The notes: generated by a model not told the origin, from the letters alone. Shown: positions 8,903-16,866, counted from the first letter of the stretch. The stretch is 64,000 nt of DNA from an uncultured Gammaproteobacteria bacterium (GCA_964466315.1 CAYXNS010000008.1:2400-66399); one strand, 5' to 3'. Translations and numbers: made by a program.

Positions 8903-10411
8903 ATGTCGACGCAACACCAAGCGATGTCGGTCACCTCTATGCCGGGGGAAGTCCAGGAGTTTTTGCAGAGTGCGCCGGCACACATCGTCGGAGGTAAGAA
9001 GCGACCTTCCGGGTTGGGTGAGGCAATCGAAGTTATCGACCCGTCCACCGGAGACGTGATCTCATACATCGCGCGCGGGCGATCCGAGGATATCGATGCT
9101 GCAGTTCAGGCAGCGGACTCCGCGCTACGTTCCTCATCCTGGGCGAACGCGAGCCCGGCAACACGCGAGTCCCTGCTTCACCGGCTCGCAACGCTCATCG
9201 ATGAGAACATCGAGACCCTTGCCCTGCTCGAGTCGCTTGACAACGGGATGCCGTTGCCCCTTTCTCGCAACCTCGACATCGCAGGAGCCGCCGATGTCGT
9301 GCGCTATATGGCGGGATGGCCCACGAAGATTGCCGGGCGGACCATGACGTTCGAGAGTCCCGGCGGCAACCGGGCGATGGGCTACACCCGCCGAGAGCCC
9401 ATCGGTGTCGTCGGAGGCATCATTCCGTGGAACGTGCCGTTCATGTTGGCGATCTGGAAGATGGCGCCCAGCCTTGCCGCCGGATGCACTATCGTCCTGA
9501 AACCGGCCGAGGACACGTCGCTCACGGCGCTGTTCCTGGGCGATCTGGTCCTCGATGCCGGCTTCCCGCCAGGGGTCGTGAACATCGTCACCGGGACCGG
9601 GTCCGAAGCCGGCCAGCCGCTCACTGAGCACCCGCTGGTCAGCAAGATCTTCTTCACGGGCTCGACCACGACGGGGATCGCTGTCGGCCGAGCGGCAGCT
9701 TCCCACGCCAAGCCCGTGTCCCTTGAGTTAGGCGGCAAGTCTCCTACGATCATCTTCGCCGACGCCGACCTCGAGGCGGCTGCGGCCGGTGCAGCAGAGT
9801 CGATCTTCCTGAACTCCGGACAGATCTGTGTAGCCGGCTCCCGGCTGTACGTGCAGAAGAGCGCCTACGACGAGGTGGTGAACCGCGTTGCATCTCTCGC
9901 ATCGAAGCACGTCGTCGGGAGCGGCCTCGACCCGGCCACGACCCTCGGGCCGGTGATCAGTCAACGACACAAGGAGCGGGTCGATGGGTACATCGACGAC
10001 GCCGAGAACAACGGGGCCGAGCTTATCTCGAGCCACACGATCCCCGAGCAGGGTTTCTTCGTGGCTCCCACAATCGTCACCGGCGCCAGGCACGAAGCAG
10101 CGATTACCCAGGAGGAGGTCTTCGGTCCGGTGCTCTCGGTTTACCCGTTCGACGACGAGGCCGACGTACTGCAGGCTGCGAACGGAACCCCGTACGGGCT
10201 CGCCGCCACCGTGTGGACATCTAGCCTCGACCACGCGGAGGCGATGATCGACGGTTTGGAGTGCGGCAAGATCTCGGTGAACTCACCCGGCTTCCCGTAC
10301 CCCGGACTACCCGAGGGCGGCAAGAAGGCGTCGGGCCACGGAAGGGATCTCGGACCGGAATCGCTGGACGGTTATCTCCACTCGAAGTCTGTCATCTTCG
10401 AACGGTCCTGA
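8903..10411 (+). CDS. NAD(P)+-dependent aldehyde dehydrogenase
   Basis: 502 aa. ALDH motifs LELGGKSP, catalytic Cys in FLNSGQICVAGSRLYV, EEVFGPV, FTGSTTTG. Confidence 0.9.
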   Translation: MSTQHQAMSVTSMPGEVQEFLQSAPAHIVGGKKRPSGLGEAIEVIDPSTGDVISYIARGRSEDIDAAVQAADSALRSSSWANASPATRESLLHRLATLIDENIETLALLESLDNGMPLPLSRNLDIAGAADVVRYMAGWPTKIAGRTMTFESPGGNRAMGYTRREPIGVVGGIIPWNVPFMLAIWKMAPSLAAGCTIVLKPAEDTSLTALFLGDLVLDAGFPPGVVNIVTGTGSEAGQPLTEHPLVSKIFFTGSTTTGIAVGRAAASHAKPVSLELGGKSPTIIFADADLEAAAAGAAESIFLNSGQICVAGSRLYVQKSAYDEVVNRVASLASKHVVGSGLDPATTLGPVISQRHKERVDGYIDDAENNGAELISSHTIPEQGFFVAPTIVTGARHEAAITQEEVFGPVLSVYPFDDEADVLQAANGTPYGLAATVWTSSLDHAEAMIDGLECGKISVNSPGFPYPGLPEGGKKASGHGRDLGPESLDGYLHSKSVIFERS

Positions 10412-10561
10412 GGGTATTGGTACTTTTCATGACACGAATCAGAAGCAGTGGAGGATCGCAAAGATAACTAACGGCTCGTTTTCGGACAGGCGGACCCTCC
10501 TGCAACGGCGTCGGTGAACGAAGGATGTAGGAGCGACGCCCTCGTCACGATCTCTCGCCAA

Positions 10562-11596
10562 TTAATTCAGGCCAAGGATCGTCTTCGCTTCCTCGACGAT
10601 CTCCGGAGGCGTCTGCAGCGCTTCGAGGACGAACGCAGTGAGATCATCCCCAACCGTCGGATTGAGTTGAGCGCGCATCGTTGCCGCTACCGCAGCGGCG
10701 AATTCGGCATCCTGAGTCAACTCAGCGAACGCTTGTTGCAGAGCCGCCGCACGATCGGTTGGGATCTCGGGTGGTGCGAATAGTGGCCAGCCGAGGTTCG
10801 CGCCGATCTCCAAGAAATCTACGAGCTGGTGGTGGCGCGGCGTACTCACGAGCTCGCGGAGATGCGGTACGCCGGGTGCGCGTTCGGCGTCGGTTGGTCC
10901 GATGTACACGAGATGCACGAGGTTGCCTTCGACGAGCCAATGCGGCCGCGAGATTTCCCAGTAATCCAACGCCGGTCCCTGGCCGTCGACCTCGCCCCGG
11001 TCCATGGCGAGGGTAATGTCACTACCGCCCTCGTAACCGGTGATGATCCGCATCGGCAGGCCAAGCAGCGCCTTGGTCATCGCGGGGAACTGGTACAAGG
11101 GCGAGCCCCTGCCGGATGCGCCAATGATGATCTCGGTATCTCGCGCATCTTCGATACTACGGACCGTCGTCGGCTCGAGTACAGAGAGGACGTTGGTCGC
11201 CTTGAATAGAGAGCCGATCCAGGTGAACTCCCGTGCGTCGTACTTCGCTCGGTTGGGTTCCATGAGTTGTGCAGTCAGTATTCCCGGGAGCGGGTAGCCG
11301 AGCACGAGCCCGTCCCGAGGGGCGGAACGATTGATGTAATTGGACATCGTGACGCTGCCGCCGCCAGGCATGTTCTGGACGATGACGGTGGGAGTACCGG
11401 GAATGTATTGCTCCAGGTACCGGCCCATGATGCGCGCTGACGTATCGGTGATGCCCCCGGGTCCCGAGCCGACGAGTATCGTAACCGTGCGGCCGGCGTA
11501 AAACTCGGCAGCGCTTTGTGCCGATGTGGTTACGGGGGAGAGGGTCGCCGCCATCGCCAGCAGGGTGAACTTGCCACGCAGTGTCTTCCTCATCAC
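10562..11596 (-). CDS. Periplasmic solute-binding protein, TctC/Bug (tripartite tricarboxylate transporter) family-like
   Basis: Signal peptide MMRKTLRGKFTLLAMAATLSPVTTSAQS. Bug-like pattern ILVGSGPGGITDTSARIMG...VIVQNMPGGGS...PRDGLVLG. Lies 16 nt downstream of the dioxygenase gene. Confidence 0.6.
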   Translation of the reverse strand: MMRKTLRGKFTLLAMAATLSPVTTSAQSAAEFYAGRTVTILVGSGPGGITDTSARIMGRYLEQYIPGTPTVIVQNMPGGGSVTMSNYINRSAPRDGLVLGYPLPGILTAQLMEPNRAKYDAREFTWIGSLFKATNVLSVLEPTTVRSIEDARDTEIIIGASGRGSPLYQFPAMTKALLGLPMRIITGYEGGSDITLAMDRGEVDGQGPALDYWEISRPHWLVEGNLVHLVYIGPTDAERAPGVPHLRELVSTPRHHQLVDFLEIGANLGWPLFAPPEIPTDRAAALQQAFAELTQDAEFAAAVAATMRAQLNPTVGDDLTAFVLEALQTPPEIVEEAKTILGLN

Positions 11597-11612
11597 GGAG
11601 AATCGACCGTGA

Positions 11613-12422
11613 TTAGTGGTAGCTCAACACGCCGCATCCGGTTGCCCAGCCCGGGATTGGTTCGTAGAACAAGACCTCGGCGTTGCGCTGGCCGCACACG
11701 CCGGCAAGTGTCATCCAGGTTCGAATCTCGTGGGTCCCGAGTCCTCGTGACGTTATCTCATCGTCTGTATAGGCGGTGATGGCATCAGCTTCGTGCGCCG
11801 TCAACCGACGAAGAAATTCCTTGTCGAATTCTACGTCGATGTCGCCATGGATACGTTCGCCCGGCGCGTGACTCAAGCCGCCTGTTGCCACCACTGCTAC
11901 CCTGCTCTCGTCGGCCTCAAGGGACGCACCCAATGCTTCACCCAGCGCGTAACAACGTGCGGGCGCCGGTGCCGGAAGCGTCATGCAATTGATGATCAGC
12001 GGTATGACGGGGATCTTTCGCTCGGGATCGAAAAAGCTCAATGGCACGATCGTGCCGTGATCCAGATCTAGTTCATGAGAGTAGTTGAGCTCGAAGCCGG
12101 CCTCGAAGCAGGCATTCAACAACCGCGACGCCAGCGCCGGCTCCCCCGGTGTGCGCCCCTGCTCGACCTTGAGCCAGGGCTCGAGAGGGCCGAAGTGCCA
12201 ATCACCCTGGCCGAGCGTGAATGCCGGCATGCCATCCAGGAAATAATTAGCGAAGTGTTCGCTCGAAATGATCAGAATGGCATCGGGATTCGTGTCCCGC
12301 AGTTGTTCTCCGAGTCGTTCTAATTCACCGAAAAAACGTTCTTTCTGCTCCGGGGGCGGCGCGTCTGCCCAGGCGCGGATACCCGGAGTGTGACTGGTTG
12401 CGCAAGCGAATACGATCGGCAT
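11613..12422 (-). CDS. Class III extradiol ring-cleavage dioxygenase, LigB-like catalytic subunit
   Basis: 269 aa. LigB-family pattern MPIVFACATSHTPG..., ILIISSEHFANYF, LDHGTIVPL, ATGGLSH. Confidence 0.8.
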   Translation of the reverse strand: MPIVFACATSHTPGIRAWADAPPPEQKERFFGELERLGEQLRDTNPDAILIISSEHFANYFLDGMPAFTLGQGDWHFGPLEPWLKVEQGRTPGEPALASRLLNACFEAGFELNYSHELDLDHGTIVPLSFFDPERKIPVIPLIINCMTLPAPAPARCYALGEALGASLEADESRVAVVATGGLSHAPGERIHGDIDVEFDKEFLRRLTAHEADAITAYTDDEITSRGLGTHEIRTWMTLAGVCGQRNAEVLFYEPIPGWATGCGVLSYH

Positions 12423-12425
12423 CGG

Positions 12426-12680
12426 TCAATTTTCCCCGCGTATGGTTTTGATGTAGTCGGGCTCCGACATTCCATTGATGATCGTGAACGGCCGCAAGAG
12501 CAACGGGTGGACGCCTAACTCATAGAGCTTGAAGGCATCGACTTCGGTCGCGGCAGCCTGCTCGTCCGGAGACAATTTGAATTCTGCGACGAGCGCGTCC
12601 CGTTCGTCGAAGAATCGTTGCCGGGCCGTCGGGTCGCGGTTGACTGCCTGAACGAGTTTCTGGAGTTGATAAATGCTCAT
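12426..12680 (-). CDS. LigA-like small subunit of the extradiol dioxygenase
   Basis: 84-aa ORF 3 nt upstream of the LigB-like gene. LigA-type sequence (QKLVQAVNRDPTARQRFFDE...LSPDEQAAATEVDAFKLYELGVHPLLL). Confidence 0.7.
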   Translation of the reverse strand: MSIYQLQKLVQAVNRDPTARQRFFDERDALVAEFKLSPDEQAAATEVDAFKLYELGVHPLLLRPFTIINGMSEPDYIKTIRGEN

Positions 12681-13046
12681 AGTGATCTAAATTCGTTCCG
12701 TATAGTTTGTGCTACGAAGAAATAATACTACCCCTTTCCATTCGCTGCAGGACACCGTGCCGTGAATGTCGCCGCAGCTTCCGGCCGGCGGTATCGCGCC
12801 GTGATCAGCCCCAGGCGGCCCGCGCCGAGCAGCGCGGTGGAAGATCCGCCTGTGCAGCAGGCCGTTGCCGGCGACTTGCTCGTGTTCCACGACGGGAACT
12901 AAGGGCTTGGGCATGGTTTTGCTCTCAGAAGTGCGTGCCAGTGGACAAACTCGCGACGGCCGGGGCAGCCGGGCCGAGATCGACGTATACTCATAGCTTA
13001 ATAAACAACAACCCGGACGATCTGTCCACAGCTAGGGGAATCGGCA

Positions 13047-14075
13047 ATGAAATTCAATCGCGTAGTCAGGTCTGGTCTGATTCTGAGCATCGCCGTGCTC
13101 GCGGCTCCGGCCATCCTGGCCCAGCAGGCGCCGACGAGGGCTATTAAGGAAATCGCCGACGATCTCTACTGGGCGCAGAATAATAACCATCACGCCGTGT
13201 TCCTCGTCACTGACGACGGCGTCATTCTGGCCGATCCGATCAATACGGACTTCGCCGGCTGGCTAAAGAGCGAGATCGATTCTCGCTTCGGCGTTCCGGT
13301 CCGTTATGTCCTGTACAGCCATAACCACTGGGATCACGCTTCGGGCGGCGGCGTCTTCGACGATACGGCACTGTTCGTCGGCCACGAGAACATGCCGGGC
13401 AACCTGGCCCTTCCGGCGGACGACACACCGTTTCCGGCTAACGCGGCCGAACTCGACGCCAATGGCGACGGCCAGATCGACGCCTCCGAAGCGACGGGGA
13501 ACTTTGCCGCGAACCTGAACCTGTTCGATGTCAATGGAGACGGCATGATCAGCGGCGCCGAAGCGACGCGCGGTGCGCTGAACGACGTTCGTGTGCCGGA
13601 CATCGTCTACAAGGATCGAATGACCGTCACGCTGGGCGGGAAGAGCGTGAACCTGATCCATGTCGGCACGATGGACCACACAAACGATTACAGTCTAGTT
13701 TACTTTCCGGGTGAGCGCGCGGTCTTCGTTGTCGACTACATCAGTATTGGCCGCGTAGCTTTCCAGACGATATTCCGTACTTCCGGTGCCGGTGTGCTGG
13801 ACGGCTTGCTGAATTCGATCCGGATGGTCGAATTCCTGGACTTCGATATCGTCGCGCCGGGCCATGGCGTTGTCGGCAGCAAATCTGATATCGCTGCATA
13901 CCGGCATTATCTTGAAGAGCTACGAGACGCGGTTGCCGCGGGAATCGCCGCGGGCAGCTCACTCGAGGACCTACAGGCGAGTATTCTCATGGAGCCCTAC
14001 CAGGATTGGATCAATTACGAGAACTGGCGCCCGCTCAATGTTGCCGGGATGTACAACTACCTGATGGATCAGTAG
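13047..14075 (+). CDS. Secreted metallo-beta-lactamase-fold hydrolase with an inserted EF-hand pair
   Basis: Signal peptide (LILSIAVLAAPAILAQQ), HxHxDH motif YSHNHWDHASGG, later APGHG, and two canonical 12-residue EF loops DANGDGQIDASE and DVNGDGMISGAE. Confidence 0.8.
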   Translation: MKFNRVVRSGLILSIAVLAAPAILAQQAPTRAIKEIADDLYWAQNNNHHAVFLVTDDGVILADPINTDFAGWLKSEIDSRFGVPVRYVLYSHNHWDHASGGGVFDDTALFVGHENMPGNLALPADDTPFPANAAELDANGDGQIDASEATGNFAANLNLFDVNGDGMISGAEATRGALNDVRVPDIVYKDRMTVTLGGKSVNLIHVGTMDHTNDYSLVYFPGERAVFVVDYISIGRVAFQTIFRTSGAGVLDGLLNSIRMVEFLDFDIVAPGHGVVGSKSDIAAYRHYLEELRDAVAAGIAAGSSLEDLQASILMEPYQDWINYENWRPLNVAGMYNYLMDQ

Positions 14076-14098
14076 TAGGAGCGACACCGTCGGCGCAA

Positions 14099-14137
14099 GG
14101 AAAAGGGGCCCCTTATTTCCCGCGGCCCTTTTTTTCG
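14099..14137. terminator. Bidirectional hairpin/terminator between convergent genes (GGAAAAGGGG/CCCCTTATTTCC, then GGCCC + T7)
   Basis: GC-rich palindrome AGGGGCCCCT flanked by GGAAA/TTTCC, followed by a T7 run on the plus strand and TTTTCCTT on the minus strand. A related element lies at 29991..30030. Confidence 0.45.
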
Positions 14138-14143
14138 GTCTCT

Positions 14144-14467
14144 TTATCTCTCGAGGTGCTGGAGCTTGTCCGGCGTGTCCTTCCAGTCGTCCGCGTCGTC
14201 GGGTGGATCCTGACCCTGCGAGATGACCGGCCAGCCCTTCGAGAGTTCAGCATTTAACGCGAGGAACTGTTCCTGGCCTTCCGGTAACTCGTCCTCGTCG
14301 TAGATGGCGTCGATCGGGCATTCAGGCTCACAGAGCGTGCAATCTATACACTCATCGGGGTCGATGACCAGCATATTCGGTCCCTCATGGAAGCAGTCCA
14401 CGGGGCAAACCTCGACGCAGTCAGTGTATTTACACTTGATACAGCTCTCTGTGACGACAAATGTCAT
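14144..14467 (-). CDS. fdxA: 7Fe ferredoxin (Azotobacter FdxA type, 3Fe-4S + 4Fe-4S)
   Basis: 107 aa. [35 protein letters not shown]...[12 protein letters not shown] is the classic FdxA cysteine pattern. Confidence 0.92.
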   Translation of the reverse strand: MTFVVTESCIKCKYTDCVEVCPVDCFHEGPNMLVIDPDECIDCTLCEPECPIDAIYDEDELPEGQEQFLALNAELSKGWPVISQGQDPPDDADDWKDTPDKLQHLER

Positions 14468-14700
14468 TTGACTGTCCTTGAAGCCCAGGTACCGGATCCC
14501 GACACCCGGTTATTGTAGTGGTTGAGGCGGGCCGCCGACAGCCCATTGTAGGCCGCGGCGACGGCTTCCACCTGCTGTCGATCGTCGTGGCGGCGCGATG
14601 AATCTCGAGCGCGTAGAAGAAAAAGCGCAGCGGCACCCAAACCAGTGGCGAGGATGTGCCGCTGCGAATGATATCGGCCGGTCGCCGATTACTCTTCTAG

Positions 14701-14853
14701 TTAAAAAATGAACCGATAGCGGGCGCCAGGCGAATCGACGAACGGATTTTCGCCCGTGGCAATGAGGTGCTGCATGAGTAGCAACAATCCGAAGGTGATG
14801 GCGGAGCCCAAAGAGATGACGCCTGCGTAACAGGTGACAGCGGCGTTGATCAT
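14701..14853 (-). CDS. Small (50 aa) single-pass membrane ORF resembling a TonB N-terminal anchor
   Basis: My own translation gives MINAAVTCYAGVISLGSAITFGLLLLMQHLIATGENPFVDSPGARYRFIF. The TM helix plus LMQxLI resembles TonB-type anchors, but no Pro-rich or C-terminal domain follows. Below the 60-aa track cutoff. Confidence 0.25.
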   Translation of the reverse strand: MINAAVTCYAGVISLGSAITFGLLLLMQHLIATGENPFVDSPGARYRFIF

Positions 14854-14915
14854 GGTGGTTACCTAGCTGCGGTCTGAAATGGCGGGTTCGACGCACCCTA
14901 ATACATCGAACGCCC

Positions 14916-14953
14916 AAGTATAGTTTGATATACCTTGAACCGAAAGGTATAGT
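14916..14953. promoter_or_regulatory. Candidate PadR operator: TATACCTT-N7-AAGGTATA plus an upstream AAGTATAG half-site
   Basis: Perfect 8-bp inverted repeat at 14929..14936 / 14944..14951, 32 nt upstream of the padR start. The half-site repeats at 14916..14924. Confidence 0.4.
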
Positions 14954-14982
14954 CGACATCGTTATAAGCCATGCGCTGAGAA

Positions 14983-15321
14983 ATGGGCCAATCGAATCCT
15001 CCGTTCATGAGCGGCGTGCCGGAACTCCTGGTTTTGAGGCTGCTCGCACGCCAGGAGATGTACGGTTACGAACTCGTGAAAGCCGTGCGGGTTGTGACCG
15101 GCGAGGCGATCGCGCTGGGGGAAGGTGTCATCTATCCAGCGCTGCACGCGCTCGAGAAGAATGGTGCGCTGAAGGCAACCCGTAAGCCCGTCAACGGCCG
15201 TACGCGCGTCTATTACTGCATGACATCGAAGGGCCAGCGCCGCCTCGACAAGCTGACGGCGGAGTGGGACCGAGTCAGCTCCGGCGTCCGCTCGGCGTTA
15301 GGGCAAGCGGGGCATGCGTAG
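14983..15321 (+). CDS. PadR family transcriptional regulator
   Basis: 112 aa. Winged-helix pattern LLVLRLLARQEMYGYELVKAV...GVIYPALHALEKNGALKA...RVYYCMTSKG. Confidence 0.9.
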   Translation: MGQSNPPFMSGVPELLVLRLLARQEMYGYELVKAVRVVTGEAIALGEGVIYPALHALEKNGALKATRKPVNGRTRVYYCMTSKGQRRLDKLTAEWDRVSSGVRSALGQAGHA

Positions 15322-15743
15322 AGAAAGCCTGAATGCGCTCAGAATGTCGCTGCAAGAGGGCGGCGTATCCCCGGGCCTACATCCACCGCCTCACGGCTGA
15401 ACTCGACGATCATTACGCTGACCTCGAACGAGAAGAATGCGCGACGGGTCGGGACAGGGCTGCCGCCGGAATCGAAGCCGAGCGGCGTCTCGGTCGGCAG
15501 GACGCGATCGCGGCGGCGGTGCTCACGAAGCCCGAACTGAAGTCCTGGTGTTATCGCTGGCCGTGGATCGTGAGCCTGCTCAAACCCGTTGTGCTGGCGC
15601 TGCTCTTGCCGGGGATGCCGATTCTGGCCTGCGTCGATAGAGGCGCGGCGATTGCGAGATGGAGTGTCTCGATCAGCCTCGCGACGGCAGTCACCGGTGG
15701 ACTGCTCTTGGTCATGGCGCAGTCGCTACTAGCCACAACCTAA
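15314..15743 (+). pseudogene. PadR-associated membrane protein, apparently frameshifted near its 5' end
   Basis: ATG 15314 (overlapping the padR stop) reads MRRESLNALRMSLQEGGVSPG... and stops after 28 codons. Track ORF 15333..15743 continues in the next frame with AYIHRLTAELDDHYADLERE and two TM helices. Removing one base in the run CCCCGGG (15369..15375) joins them. Confidence 0.55.
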
Positions 15744-15756
15744 TCGCGCATACCGT

Positions 15757-16866
15757 TCACGCGCGGAGCATCCCCGCGACCTCTTCGGCGATCGCCAGCG
15801 ATGACGTAAGGCCTGGTGATTCGATGCCGAACAGGTTGATCAGCCCATCCACACCGTGCTGTTCGGCGCTCTGAATGACGAAGTCTCCGGGTGGATCCCC
15901 CTGATCCACGATCTTCGGCCGGATCCCGACGTACCCCGGTGCGAGCGCGTCTTCCGTGATAGCGGGCCAATAGGTCCCAATCGCTTCAGCGAATGCCCCC
16001 GCACGGCTGGCATCCGGCCGATAATCGATCGCCGTCACCCACTCCTCATCCGGACCGAATCGAGTCTGTCCCGCCATATCCAGCGTCACGTGTACGCCCA
16101 GCCAGGTGCCCCGGGGCATGGGGTAGATGAGATGATTGAATGGGCTCTTGTGCTGGAGGACGAAGTAAGTACCCTTCGCGTAGCGGGTTCGCAGCACGTG
16201 GCGGGCATCGAGACCCGCGATACCGCCGGCGACCTCTGTCGCGTAAAGCCCGGCGGCATTGACGACGGCTCGCGCACGAATATCCAGGCTCTCCGACCCG
16301 CTTTTTACCGACAGTTTGATACCGTCGTCGGCGAATGACCCGCTCGCGAACTCCGATAGCACGGCGACGCGGCCTCCTGCGGTTTCGAGGTCTCCCTGCA
16401 ACGAAAGCATGAGATTGTGGCTGTCGACGATGCCGGTAGATGGGGAGAGTAGCCCCGCGGTGCAGCGTATCTCGGGTTCCAGCTTCGCAACGTCCTCGCG
16501 CGACAGCGGTTTCAGATCGTCGACCCCGTTGATCTCGGCCTGGTCACGCAACGCCTGCAGTCGCTCCTCCTGTTCGCTATTCAACGCCACCATGACTTTC
16601 CCACAACGACGGTGCGCAATGCCCTTGTCGGCACAGTACTGGTAGAGGAGATTCTTGCCACGTACGCAGAGACGCGCTTTGAGGCTGCCGGTTGGGTAAT
16701 AGATACCGGCATGGATAACCTCGGAATTGCGCGACGATGTTTCTTCACCGATTCGTTCGTTGCGTTCGAGCACGATGACGTCGCGTCCGGCGAGCGCAAG
16801 TTCGCGGGCGATTGCAAGCCCAACTACACCCGCACCGATGACCGCCACGTCGAGAGATTCATCCAT
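15757..16866 (-). CDS. FAD-dependent oxidoreductase, L-2-hydroxyglutarate oxidase/dehydrogenase-like
   Basis: 369 aa. Dinucleotide fold DVAVIGAGVVGLAIAREL, and SSRNSEVIHAGIYYPTGSLKARLC typical of the LhgO/L2HGDH group. Confidence 0.75.
   Translation of the reverse strand: MDESLDVAVIGAGVVGLAIARELALAGRDVIVLERNERIGEETSSRNSEVIHAGIYYPTGSLKARLCVRGKNLLYQYCADKGIAHRRCGKVMVALNSEQEERLQALRDQAEINGVDDLKPLSREDVAKLEPEIRCTAGLLSPSTGIVDSHNLMLSLQGDLETAGGRVAVLSEFASGSFADDGIKLSVKSGSESLDIRARAVVNAAGLYATEVAGGIAGLDARHVLRTRYAKGTYFVLQHKSPFNHLIYPMPRGTWLGVHVTLDMAGQTRFGPDEEWVTAIDYRPDASRAGAFAEAIGTYWPAITEDALAPGYVGIRPKIVDQGDPPGDFVIQSAEQHGVDGLINLFGIESPGLTSSLAIAEEVAGMLRA

Noticed and set aside
1-10411. Idea that the first 10.4 kb (actinobacterial-flavoured sulfatase/ABC cluster) is a chimeric mis-join to a gammaproteobacterial contig
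   Set aside because: Hand GC counts of sample lines are similar on both sides (about 60-63%), there is no obvious breakpoint signature at 10412..10561 beyond a hairpin, and gene spacing is normal. Horizontal acquisition remains possible, but I cannot support a mis-assembly claim.
12687-12914. 75-aa ORF immediately upstream of the ligA-like gene
   Set aside because: It has no recognisable motif, odd composition (PPGADHGAIPPAGSCG) and a tail running into the ligA ribosome-binding region. It cannot be supported from sequence alone.
14510-14959. 149-aa minus-strand ORF in the fdxA-padR intergenic region
   Set aside because: It is highly Arg/His-rich (RRCHLLRRRHLFGLRHHLR...) and runs across the candidate PadR operator and promoter. 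I prefer the short membrane ORF in another frame, and even that only weakly.
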